A stretch of 63,228 nucleotides of DNA, counting the filler, from Nemertoderma westbladi (Eukaryota; Animalia; Xenacoelomorpha), in assembly GCA_032718475.1 (NCBI GenBank). It is 3 parts of 3 records of this genome, joined end to end, with 100 filler letters (N's around TTAATTAATTAA, not from the genome) between each part and the next. Parts side by side here need not be neighbours in the genome. Positions count along the whole stretch, not along the records: positions 28,021 to 53,617 come from JAUCBJ010004642.1; 2 more parts are not named here. The stretch is one strand, 5' to 3'. Shown here one piece after another: positions 37,548-48,417 of this stretch. The position numbers were made by a program, and so were the translations under genes. Below the pieces are notes generated by a model. It saw nothing but the letters and a program-made list of their open reading frames with translations. It did no database searches and had not been told where the DNA came from. How positions within the stretch are numbered: the first letter of the stretch is position 1; every line of letters begins with the position of its first letter.

Positions 37548-37821
37548 TGAATAGGGAAGGATTTTTATCTATATCATAGCAACGTTAAGGTAATTATTGA
37601 ACTCGCAGCTAGCTGGCTGGGCACAGATAAGGAGCAAGCCAGGCTGGAGTGTTGATTGGGGTGGGTTGTCTGTTGGGAACTGTCCAAGAGTAATTCTGCT
37701 TTCTCCATCAATGGCTGCATGGAAGGAGAGGTTTATAACATTTTAGCTATTTTATTGTTTTACTGTAGTAAATTGATTATTTCTGTAGGCCTTCTTACTG
37801 TATTATTATTATTTTATCTAA

Positions 37822-38842
37822 TCTAATATACCGGTATATAAAAATCAATTGTCTGTGTGTCTGTTTGTCATCGGCTATACAATCAAACCCATCTCGATGA
37901 AATCTCGCTTAATATAGCTTGTTAGAAAGGTCTCACCCTAACTCGTTGCAACGTAATATTCAGAGCCGTCTGAAGTTCCACCAACTGCCGCTAGAGGGTG
38001 AATTGTATTAATTGAAAATCTTCTCTAACTTTGTCATTTACAATCCGTTTAAGATAAAACTTTGCAGGTGTCTAATTTAGCAAAGGCTGCATTTTTAGAG
38101 ACGCAGATAAATCTGCATTTCTCCAGTCTGCAGCTAGAGGGCGAAATCACTGAAAGTGACCACCTTCTCCAACTTTGTTATTTACAATCCGTTTAGACTG
38201 GAACTTGGAAGGCATATATTACAGCATAGGCTATATCTTTACGGAGTCTTAGAGTCGTATACAGTTCCCCCGTCTGCCGCTAGATGGCGAATGGTCTGAT
38301 AGTGAAAACCTGATCTCATTTGGTTGTTTTTAATTCTTTTCAGCTGAAACTTGGTAGGTATCTACTACAGCATAGGCTTAATCTTTACGGAGTCGCTGAG
38401 TCGTCTATAATTCCCCAGTCTTCAGCTAGAGGGCGAAATGTCTGAAAGTGAACATTTTCTCGAAATTATGTTATTTACATGTTTACTGATTAAGCTGTAC
38501 TGTTTAAGCTGAAACTTGACAAGCATAGGCATCTTACTTCACCTTCACCATAAACTCCATCTTTACAGAACTGCAGCGCCAGCGCCATCTGCATTTCACC
38601 AGTCGCAGGTTGCAGGTAGAGGGTAAAATGTCCGAAAGTGATCATTCTCTCGAAATTATGTTATTTACAATAACCTGAAGCTAAAGTTGAAACAGTTATC
38701 TCCTATGGGGCGGTGTTTTATTTTATGATGGTCTCTGTTTCGATGTAGTTCTCCAATCTGCGACACATTTCTCCACACATATTCATATATCCTCTGCACG
38801 TGCACTAGAAAGCTGTGGCCCGAAGGGCCACAGGCTTTCTAG
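37822..38842 (+). mobile_element. Non-autonomous Helitron with internal ~145-bp tandem repeats
   Basis: A|TC start, TGTCTG microsatellite-like tract, 3' hairpin CTGTGGCCC-GAA-GGGCCACAG (38813-38833), CTAG|T end. Confidence 0.8.
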
Positions 38843-39161
38843 TACTACAGTACAATAATACTACACTACTTTTTCAATATCTTATTAATTATTATATTTT
38901 TTATTCAGTATCTTATTTATGTGTTAATGTTACTCATAATGATTAGGATCATCCAATTTATTATGTTTTTAAATGTTGTACTTTTACGGAAACGTACAGC
39001 AATAATTATTATTTATTACATGGGGAAAAAAGTAGAACTCTTTTCACTATTCGCCGAGGCATTATATTTACCGAGCGTCAGCGAGGTTAATAAAGGGTCG
39101 AGAGAATATTGAAAAAAAAAATGCTATACTACATGTTATATGTTTCTTCCCATGTAATACG

Positions 39162-39579
39162 TAATTTTATTCTTAAATTGGTACTTTTTTGTTGCTTAAA
39201 TCTTTAATAAAACGTACAGCGATATAGTGGAACAAAATAAATTGAACTGCAGTATTTTACTATATTGCTTCCATAGTTACTGCGAATTAAATTACTGGAC
39301 TCTTCAACTCCTGATGCTGCCGTACTCAATGTTAATTAATTTGGTGTTCTCGAATATTTATCCAATATGGGATATTGAGTTCCGTTGAGTGCGTGCATGG
39401 ATTAGAGCGTGCTTAGATTACTTTTCTACGTCAAGGCTCTTTGTACACATTTAATAAAATTTAAGAAATTCTCCAATAATATTTATTTTACTTTTTTCGC
39501 CGGGAAAAAATGTTAAATCAATGCAATATATGGGTTATTTTTTTTTGAGCGAGAAAGTAACAATTTAAGAATAAAATTA
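39162..39579. mobile_element. MITE-like element; a related fragment lies inverted in the HINFP intron (~59497-59602)
   Basis: Inverted ends taattttattcttaaattg(g/t)tacttt; internal gtgttctcgaatattta and gatattgagttccgtt are reverse-complemented at 59497-59600. Confidence 0.6.
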
Positions 39580-41203
39580 TTTTGTTCCTTTAACAGTTAT
39601 ACTGTATATTAATTTCACTTCAATAAGCAATTACAATTTTTATTAATCACACACTCATCAAGTTTCAATTGTTTTTTTAGTTGAAGCTTCTAGTTGCCGC
39701 CTAAGGTTGGTGTTAAGTTTTCTATTACGGTGTTCTAGGATGAGTCCCAGGCAGAATACATGAGTAGACGGTTATATTTGTTTGGAAAATATACAAAACA
39801 ATTAATATCTTTATTAAATTGTTCAACGACTTGTGTGTTGCAATTTTTTAATTGTGGTATTAAATTTAATCGACAAACACCCAATACTTATGTAGCCTTT
39901 TATTTACATACGAATTTGTCCACCTATACTGTCCATCATATTGTCCGTCATGTTTTAATGCTTTAAACCGTGTAATTATTTTAATGTATTTTAAACAATC
40001 CAAAATTACGTGTGTCGCCAAAATATCTGCCTCTGTACCGATTTCTATATATTTATATTATATTATATGGGATTTAAATCATTTTATTAAATCTTTATAC
40101 TGTAGGAATCTTAAGCTGTTAAGTAAAATATTTGTAATCCGTGTGATATTTTAATGTGTCCTTTTATTTAACTCCATTTTATTAAATCTTTTTATACTGT
40201 AGGAATTTTAAGTAAAATATTTTATAATCCGCGTGATACATATTTTAATGTACAGTATGTTCCATTTCATTTCGTTTTAAACCACTGTATTTCCAGGGGA
40301 CCCCCATGGAACGAGACATTGTCTCTTTAGGGCTATCCCCGACATCATATTTCACTTTGTTTCTTCTGGATCGGTGTTTGTCTATAGGTGATAGGGCCTA
40401 CTCCATACCACATTTATTTTCGTATTGCTGTAGGCCTATTGTTTTCATATTTTGATGTAAATAAAACAATTCCAATTCCGACCTACAGACCTAGTAGTGT
40501 AGTACTGTCAGGCTGTAGTAGGCCTACATCTGTACATTAGATTTTCAGCTAGCTCCACCCTCCCAAACCTCATAGCCTCAACCGACACTCAGCTCCAGCT
40601 GCTCAAACCTATCCGTACTCATTTTTGGCCCATGCGCATGCATGCCATGTTCAGTTCATGTATCAGTGTATTGCAGTATTGGAAAGTTTAGAAAGTAAAT
40701 AAAACTTATTAATAATTTAGCCTAGGCCCTATCTGCCTATTGTAATACTATATTTTTAGTTTGACTGTTTGTAGGCCTCAGGCAGTACCGGTTGCCGGTA
40801 GTTAGTATACGGTATACTGGTATACGCCTAACTGTTGACTGTAGACTGTAGGTTGACTGTAATATAGGCCTAACAGCCAGGTGACAGCAGAACAGCCTAA
40901 TCCAGTAATCTGGTATCTGGCATCTGGTAAGGTAATACTGTAATACAGTAATCTGGTAATAGCAACATCTTAAATTAATATTGAGGAATTTACTGATATA
41001 GGCCTGCATTGCTGCATTCGCAGTAGGCCTACGCCTGCCTACCTGTACCGGTACTTCTTTAAAAACATGACTGCATGAGTTGTTTGAAAAGTTTTTCAAT
41101 TGTTCAAACCAATATTATCAGATTATAGCCTAAAACCAGAAAACCACGATTCAGCAGAATTTCCGTAGTCGCTACACTCGCGATTTAATCCATAATAATA
41201 ACA

Positions 41204-41462
41204 CAGTCGGGGAGAAGTTCTATTTTCAACTGAGTTGAATTTTCAACTTTATTTTTTAAAATTCAACTTTTTATTAAAATTCAAAAAACAATAAACAATA
41301 AAAACAATAAAAACACCCCTTCTGTAACGTCTTGGCCCTTGGCACTTGGGGCCCTTCTGGGCCTCCTGCCATTTTAGAGTTCAATTTACAACTTCAAAGT
41401 TGAATTTTAAAAAAAAAGTTTTAAATTTCAACTCAGTTGAAATTTGAACTTCTCCCCGACTG
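41204..41462. mobile_element. MITE with ~65-bp inverted arms and a 6-bp flanking direct repeat
   Basis: CAGTCGGGGAGAAGTTC / GAACTTCTCCCCGACTG; ATAACA at 41198-41203 and 41463-41468. Confidence 0.85.
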
Positions 41463-41471
41463 ATAACAAGC

Positions 41472-42178
41472 AGACCTTCGCGCAGCACGTGGTGTACTGT
41501 AACTTACAGTACAACACGTGCTGCGCGAAGGTTTCTTAAACGTTTCAACAGCTTGTTACACAATGTTGGAGTACACTGGAGTACGCCACGTGCTGCGCGA
41601 AGGTCTCTTAAACAATGTTAACAGCTTGTTACACAATGTTACAGTGCACCATGTGCTGCCCCAAGGTCTCTTAAACGTAACGTTTCAACAGCTTGTTACA
41701 CAATGTTACAGTTCGCCACATGCAGACATGCTGCGCAAAGCTGCAAAGGTCTCAAACGTTTCAACAGATTGTTTCAGTACGGTACCCCACGTGCTGCACG
41801 AAGGTCTATTAAACGTTTCAACAGCTTGTTAATAATGTTACAGTACCAGAGTACAGTTCGCCACGTGCTGCGCGAAGGTCTCTTAAACGTTTCAACAGCT
41901 TGTTACACAATGTTACAGTTAGCCAGTTAGCCACATGCTGCGCGAAGGCTGGAAGGTCTCAAACGTTTTAAGAGATTTCTGCGTGAAGGTCTCTTAAACG
42001 TTTCATCAGATTGTTACACAATGTTACAGTATCCCATGTGCTTCACGAAGGTCTCGTTTCTCGTAAAGTTTCAACAGATTGTTTCAGTATCCAACGTGCT
42101 GCATGAAGGTCTCTTAAACGTTTCAACAGATTGTTACAGTGCCCCACACAGCCACATGCTGCACGAAGGTCTCTTAAG
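41472..42178. repeat. Degenerate ~60-bp minisatellite upstream of BICRA; first partial copy inverted
   Basis: cacgtgctgcgcgaaggtctcttaaacgtttcaacagcttgttacacaatgttacag about 11 times; agaccttcgcgcagcacgtg inverted at 41472. Confidence 0.85.
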
Positions 42179-42507
42179 GGTCCTACTAAAAAAAGCAATT
42201 TACCGCAACTAACCGCAATTTACCGCAACTAATTGTCCTTTTTAAGCAGCCTCATGGTCTAGTGGTGACAACCTTAGACTTCAATAAGAGAAGCAAGAAT
42301 AACGAATAACTAAAGCAGAATAACGACACTATATTCTAGGACATGGTGAAATTGATATAGGCAGATAGGCCTAGGTTATTACCGTACCGGTAACGGTATT
42401 TATTAATATTTTTTCAATACCGGTATGGTTTATTATGAAAGTGCGGCATTAAACAGTTAAACTAAATGTTAAATTAAATTATTCAGCTGTTATTATTAAC
42501 AATCATA

Positions 42508-44097
42508 ATGGACGACGATATACAGTCTTTCCTTGACATCTTAGAGGATAATTCCGGTCTGGAGAATTACCGGGAGTATTCCAGTTCGTCCCAATTCGCG
42601 GGCACCCCAATCACCTCTCAATCGCAAACCATGGCCATTAAACCCGAGCCACGTGTCTCGCCGCAATACACCGAACCCCCACCGAGCAGCAAACCAGAAA
42701 ACAATAGGTTCGTTATCGGTTTCGATTGGCCGCAACAACGCGGCCCTCCCAGCCCTATCGTGGAGACTGGCGCGATCTCCCGCAGTCATCCGCCGCCGGT
42801 CGAGACGACTCGATCCAACCTCAACTTCAACGTCCAGGGCAACGTCCACATCCATCTGAGTCCGGAGGGTTCCCTCGTACTCACCAACGCGGGCGGCCAG
42901 GCCATGACGGTCCCAGTGAGCAAATCCAGTCTGCTCCAGGCCCACCCCAACGACAAGGTCCCGTCGCAGCTCGTTAAACTCCTCGCCGGGAAACACCTCG
43001 CCCACAAGGTCAAACAGGAGCTCCCCGACCTCGATACGAAGCCGATGTTATCCGCCGTGAAGACCGAACCCGGCCTCTCCAACTGCGGCCATTCGGTTGT
43101 AAACGTGACGAATTCTACTAGAATTGATTCCCCCGTCGCTACCTCCCAGCTCCCAGGAGCTGTAGTAAAATCCTCCCAACTACCTGGAGTTGCAATAAAC
43201 TCCTCCCAACTACCTGGAGTTGCAATAAACTCCTCCAAACTCACAGGAGCGGTAATAAACTCCTCCCAGCTCCCAGGAGCGGTATTGCACTCCTCTAAGC
43301 TCCCAGGAGTAGTAGTAAACTCCTCCCAGCTCCCAGGAGCTGTAGTAAACCCCTCAAAACTCTCAGGAGCTGTGTTAAACTCCTCCCAGCTCCCAGTAGC
43401 ATTAAACAATTCCCAACTCTCTGGAGCGGTATTAAACTCCTCTCTCCCCTCCTCCTCCTCTATACTCCCCTCAACCGATAAGCCACTGCCTCCCGATTCT
43501 TGGATCTACCTCCAAACGATACAGGAGAAAACCAAACAGATCCTCGCTAATCCCAATATGTCCCCCAACGACAAATCGAATCTGCAATCCCTCCTGCAAC
43601 TCCAGGTTAAAATACTCAAGGGCGCGGGGAGTGGGCCTCGAGTCGAGAGCATGCCGCCCCCGGAGCGCACACCGAGCAAACCGGCTCGCAGCATCGTAAC
43701 CCGGGTGGCCAAACCGCGGGCGACCACCGCCAAACCGCAGCGCTCCTCGCGGGACACGGTGAACCGCCTGCTAGTGCACGACGCGCGGCTCGTCTCGGGC
43801 GGCCCCAATCATCGGGCCCCGTTTCGGAACTTTGGCGACGCGTTGACTCGCTTGCTGCCGTACCACGTTACCCACGAGCCGTCCCCCGAGCTGGCCGAGT
43901 CAGTGGACGCCGACGCTTTGGTCGCTAGGGGTCACCGACTCGTTACTAAGTACCACAGTCTGCTGCTGAAGGACTCACAGAGAGATTCAGCCTCGCAGGA
44001 GATGGTCATGTTGTACCGGATGTTTATACGGCAGCTCAAGGAGGAGAATACGGCGTTGAGGACGGAATCTCAGGGTGGGGCTGATGACTTCCGGTAG
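42508..44097 (+). CDS. BICRA: BICRA/GLTSCR1-family ncBAF subunit, single coding exon, 529 aa
   Basis: C-terminal PFRNFGDALTRLLPYHV...KYHSLLLKDSQR...EMVMLYRMFI matches the remembered GLTSCR1 domain. Confidence 0.85.
   Translation: MDDDIQSFLDILEDNSGLENYREYSSSSQFAGTPITSQSQTMAIKPEPRVSPQYTEPPPSSKPENNRFVIGFDWPQQRGPPSPIVETGAISRSHPPPVETTRSNLNFNVQGNVHIHLSPEGSLVLTNAGGQAMTVPVSKSSLLQAHPNDKVPSQLVKLLAGKHLAHKVKQELPDLDTKPMLSAVKTEPGLSNCGHSVVNVTNSTRIDSPVATSQLPGAVVKSSQLPGVAINSSQLPGVAINSSKLTGAVINSSQLPGAVLHSSKLPGVVVNSSQLPGAVVNPSKLSGAVLNSSQLPVALNNSQLSGAVLNSSLPSSSSILPSTDKPLPPDSWIYLQTIQEKTKQILANPNMSPNDKSNLQSLLQLQVKILKGAGSGPRVESMPPPERTPSKPARSIVTRVAKPRATTAKPQRSSRDTVNRLLVHDARLVSGGPNHRAPFRNFGDALTRLLPYHVTHEPSPELAESVDADALVARGHRLVTKYHSLLLKDSQRDSASQEMVMLYRMFIRQLKEENTALRTESQGGADDFR
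43141..43443 (+). repeat. Coding 30-bp tandem repeat (SSQLPGAVVN-type, ~10 copies)
   Basis: tcctcccagctcccaggagctgtagtaaac variants, all in frame. Confidence 0.9.
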
Positions 44098-44361
44098 GGG
44101 GGAAGGGGGGGGGGGGGGGGGTCCAGATGTGTTGATATTTAGGCATCACAATTTTTTTACACAAGCTGTTACTAATCAATGTACGTACTCGTACAACAGA
44201 CAGACATATTTTTATTCGATTTTCTATTTTTCAAAGAGATAAAATGATGATAATAATAAAGCGTGTTTAGTTGACAAGACGGATTTCTATTTAAGAATTA
44301 GTGATATATATAGATTTATATTCCATCCAGACACTTTATTGTGGGGCGATAACGCGATATA

Positions 44362-44963
44362 CAGAAAAGTGGCCAAACCAGAGTCATTTTTTGTAAAGAA
44401 TAAAGTTTCTTATAACCCAACATTGATATATATTTTGAAAGCTCAGAGTCTGTAGAATTAATGCGAGTATTGGCCGACCTTAAATATGATCTGTAAAAAA
44501 AATATACTGCTTGTCCCTTCCAGTCCACTGCCTTTAACCATAATTGCCGTTATTCAATTTTTGCCATTGGGGGACATTTTTAGTGGTGTAGTAGAAAACA
44601 AAATGTTCCAGGATCTCATGTATGCTAACTATACATACATCTACAGATTATGATGTTTCTTAAAATTAATAGACAAATTTTCGAGCTTTCATTTGGTTTT
44701 TATTGACTTTTATTGACATCAGATAGAAACTAGAGCTCCTTATTTAACTGCTCCTAATAATTGTTTTTGTCAAAACATCACGTTTTCCGTGGTTTTTGAG
44801 GATATCAAGCAAAATTGAATGCTATTTATTTACAGCGTTTAGCAAACATGGTTTCCTTGATGAAAATGTCTACCTGTAACATTTTATTTCATGAGATTTC
44901 ATTCAGTTGAATTGGAATTACATCATGATCTCACTTTTTTTTAATGTTTTGGCCACTTTTCTG
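44362..44963. mobile_element. Tc1/mariner-type MITE
   Basis: TA|CAGAAAAGTGGCCAAA ... TTTGGCCACTTTTCTG|TA. Confidence 0.85.
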
Positions 44964-45997
44964 TATATTGCTCCTTGTATGTTGTTAACAACAACGCTCT
45001 ATAAACACATTGTTTATGACGCCTTGGTTGTTAGCCAAATTCAAATTAAACAGGGTTGATTTTCAGTTTTTTCAGATTGTATTGAAGAAATTTATATATT
45101 TCTACCACAACATTCCTCACACTCACTTTCAGGCATTATGATTGTGGAATGCGAGATAATAAAAATGTAAGTAACTTAATTAATTGTATAATTAATTAAA
45201 TGGGTGTCGTAGATTTAGATATTGCTGTTAGTTATTTTTAGAACAGGATTATTCTAACTATAATTAATTCACGTGACATTTAATTATCCTTTTGAATAAT
45301 GTAATAGATGCCTTAATTAATTTTATTAGGAGGTTAATAATTTATTTAATTATTATTCATCTTCATGCAAAATGAGTATTAAAATTGTACCTTGTAAGAT
45401 ACCCGCTACTGACGTACAAGTAATACTAAACGACCTCGACATCCCAGTCACATACTTTTCTACAAATCTGAATCTTACTATTGAAAATTAAAATATATAT
45501 TTTAATCCTTTTCTTGTACAGGGCTGTTAATAAAATAACACTCGGTTGTATTGCAGAGAGTGGATCAGTAATTAGTTAAAAGGCCATGGAACAGCTGTGG
45601 GAAGTATGTGAACCTTTCTATCATTTAGAGTCGCTACCTATAGGTACTCAAATAGGCATTGTAGTGAAAAGGCTGAAACTGAAATCGAGATTTGCGAAGT
45701 TTCTCCGAGGAAATTCTCTGTAATTTTCTATACTTTTGTTCTATAACTCGCATATCAAGTTTCACCAAATTCCGATTTAGTCGTTCAAAAATTAACCGGA
45801 CAGGCGGACGAACATCGCCGGATAAAAAGATTTGGGGACAAGATGGCCGTTTTACGGTGCCGACAATATTGTAATTATGGCGCAATCATGAATTTATATA
45901 TTTTATATTACGGACTTGTGACAAAATTTCACTGGTCTTTTTCTATCCAACTAAATTCTGCATATTGCATAATTATTTATATCAAAATAACTGTGTA

Positions 45998-46281
45998 CAT
46001 CATTGTGTGAAAAGTAGCACTTTATAAACCGAGTGAATTATAACGACGTCAGTGAGGGAGGTTTACATAAACATAAATAAACATTATTATTATATATTTA
46101 TTCCAAACAGAGGTCCATGAAACATCAGTAATTTAAGTAGTACAACGAAAATAAAAGTACAAGACAAGTGAGGCAATATATTTAATATTTAATTTGAATA
46201 ATTCAATTTTATTAATATTTAGTTAAATACAAATAAACAATGTTGCTTAAATTCTGAATAATGCCTTTTCACACAATGATG
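45998..46281. mobile_element. TA-flanked MITE
   Basis: TA|CATCATTGTGTGAAAAG ... CTTTTCACACAATGATG|TA. Confidence 0.75.
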
Positions 46282-46608
46282 TACCTAATTTGTTTCATTA
46301 TGTCAACTTATCGGAGTTTCACGCTTAATTAATTAATTAATTAATCCCTCATAACGTTTAAAAATAAATATTAATGAATTAATATCCTATTAATGCAGCT
46401 AATGGGGTTGGTGCGCGAAAAAATTGTTGGGCTAGGAAAAAAATGAAAAAAAGGTAACAAGATGCCGGGATCGAGTGGCGGGTGTGTTTTTATGTAAAAA
46501 CACGAGGAAACGGTCGATGTGGCGGGTTTAAGTAAGAGCGGGAAGCCAATATTGAAAATCGGCTGTGATTGGCTCTGCATATTTGTCGTCACTACGCAGT
46601 GCTCAGAT

Positions 46609-47173
46609 AATTTTTTATATTGGTTTCTATGGAGGGAGATTTTAGATCCAATCAAATACACATTAAATCTCAATCATTTCACACGCGGCTTATATCAATT
46701 GAAAGCGGAGAGTCTTGCGCTTCTTTTGACACATTAATAAAATTGTGTTTACAATTACAAACTCGGCAGATTGCCTGACCAGTATGTAAGCAGTCAGCCT
46801 AATGCAGTATCTAAGTATAGCAGATTTACTTCATTAAGTAGGGTTTACCGGCGGCATTTTTAATATTCAAGTAGCCTACTGCCAATTATTACTGTCTTAT
46901 AGTACCGGCTGACCGGTATTACATGTTTAATGTTATTTTAAATATAATCTACCGTAATCAATACAGATTGGAATTCAGTACCGGTATTGCTGCTGGAAAT
47001 ACAGCTGAATACATATATTTATCAACGTTCCTCATCATGAATTTAAGTAATTGTAGTGTCAATAGACGCGCAAGACTCTCCGCTTTCAATTGATATAAGT
47101 GTGAAATGATAGAGATTTAATATGTATTTGAATCGATCGAAAATTATCTATCCATAGAAACCAAGATAAAAAA
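46609..47173. mobile_element. Nested inverted-repeat element with ~120-bp arms
   Basis: cttatatcaattgaaagcggagagtcttgcg (~46689-46719) vs cgcaagactctccgctttcaattgatataag (~47069-47099). Confidence 0.75.
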
Positions 47174-47495
47174 TGGCAGTGATTTTTTATGTCCTTTTAT
47201 TTGACTTTTTTTGTCCTTTTTTTTACGAATTATGCATAATGACTTTTGTTGTCCTTTTAATGACTTTTATTGTCCTTTTAATGACTTTTTATGTATGTAT
47301 TTCTTCAAACTGTCAGACTGCTGATTTCTGGACTGTCAGACAGTTGATTTCACTATGCCTGTGCCAAAACATTCCATGATTTATAGACTATGAGATAGAT
47401 TTCCATATGTGCCTGTGGTAAAAAGACTCTCTATATTTAATAGTTTGTGGTTGTTGTCGATAATCGATTACCACATGACGTAGCAAAACACTCAT

Positions 47496-48417
47496 TTTAT
47501 AGCCAAAATCAATTACCAATTGATGGAAAGGAGCAGGTTAAGGCCGAGTTTTCTAACCAAAACAATAAACAGTCACTTTACCAAATCAGGGAAAGGAGCA
47601 GGTTACAGAGAAGGGATTTTCTAACCAAAACAATAAACGATCACTTAACTAATTGGGGGAAAGGAGCAGGTTACAGAGGCGGGATTTTCTAACCAAAACA
47701 ATAAACGATCACTTAACTTATTGAGGGAAAGGAGCAGGTTACAGAGGCGGGATTTTCTAACCAAAACAATAAACGATCATTTAACTAATTGAGGGAAAGG
47801 GACAGGTTACAGAGGCGGAATTTTCTAACCAAAACAATAAACGATCACTTAACTAATTGAGGGAAAGGAGCAGGTTACAGAGGCGGGATTTTCTAACCAA
47901 AACAATAAATGATCATTTAACTAATTGAGGGAAAGGGGCAGGTTACAGAGGCGGGCCTTTCTAACCAAAACAATAAACGGTCACTTTACCAATTCAGGGA
48001 AAGGAGCAGGTTACAGAGGCGGGATTTTCTAACCAAAACAATAAACGATCATTTAACTAATTGAGGGAAAGGGGCAGGTTACAGAGGCGGGATTTTCTAA
48101 CCAAAACAATAAACGATCATTTAACTAATTGAGGGAAAGGAGCAGGTTACAGAGACGGGATTTTCTAACCAAAACAATAAACGATAACATTACCAATTGA
48201 GAGAAAGGAGCAGGTTACAGAGGCGGGATTTTCTAACCAAAACAATAAACGATAACATTACCAATTGAGGGAAAGGAGCAGGTTACAGAGGCAGGATTTT
48301 CTAACCAAAACAATGAACGATCACTTAACTAATTGAGGGAAAGGAGCAGGTTAAGGCCGGATTTTCTAACCAAAACAATAAACAGTCACTTTACCAAATC
48401 AGGGAAAGGAGCAGGTT
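47496..48417. repeat. 68-bp minisatellite, ~13 copies; a solitary diverged copy lies at ~62610-62665
   Basis: ttttctaaccaaaacaataaacgatcacttaactaattgagggaaaggagcaggttacagaggcggga repeated. Confidence 0.92.

Noticed and set aside
47496-48417. CRISPR-like regular array
   Set aside because: No unique spacers, no cas genes, eukaryotic context; the same applies to the 30-, 34- and 60-bp arrays.
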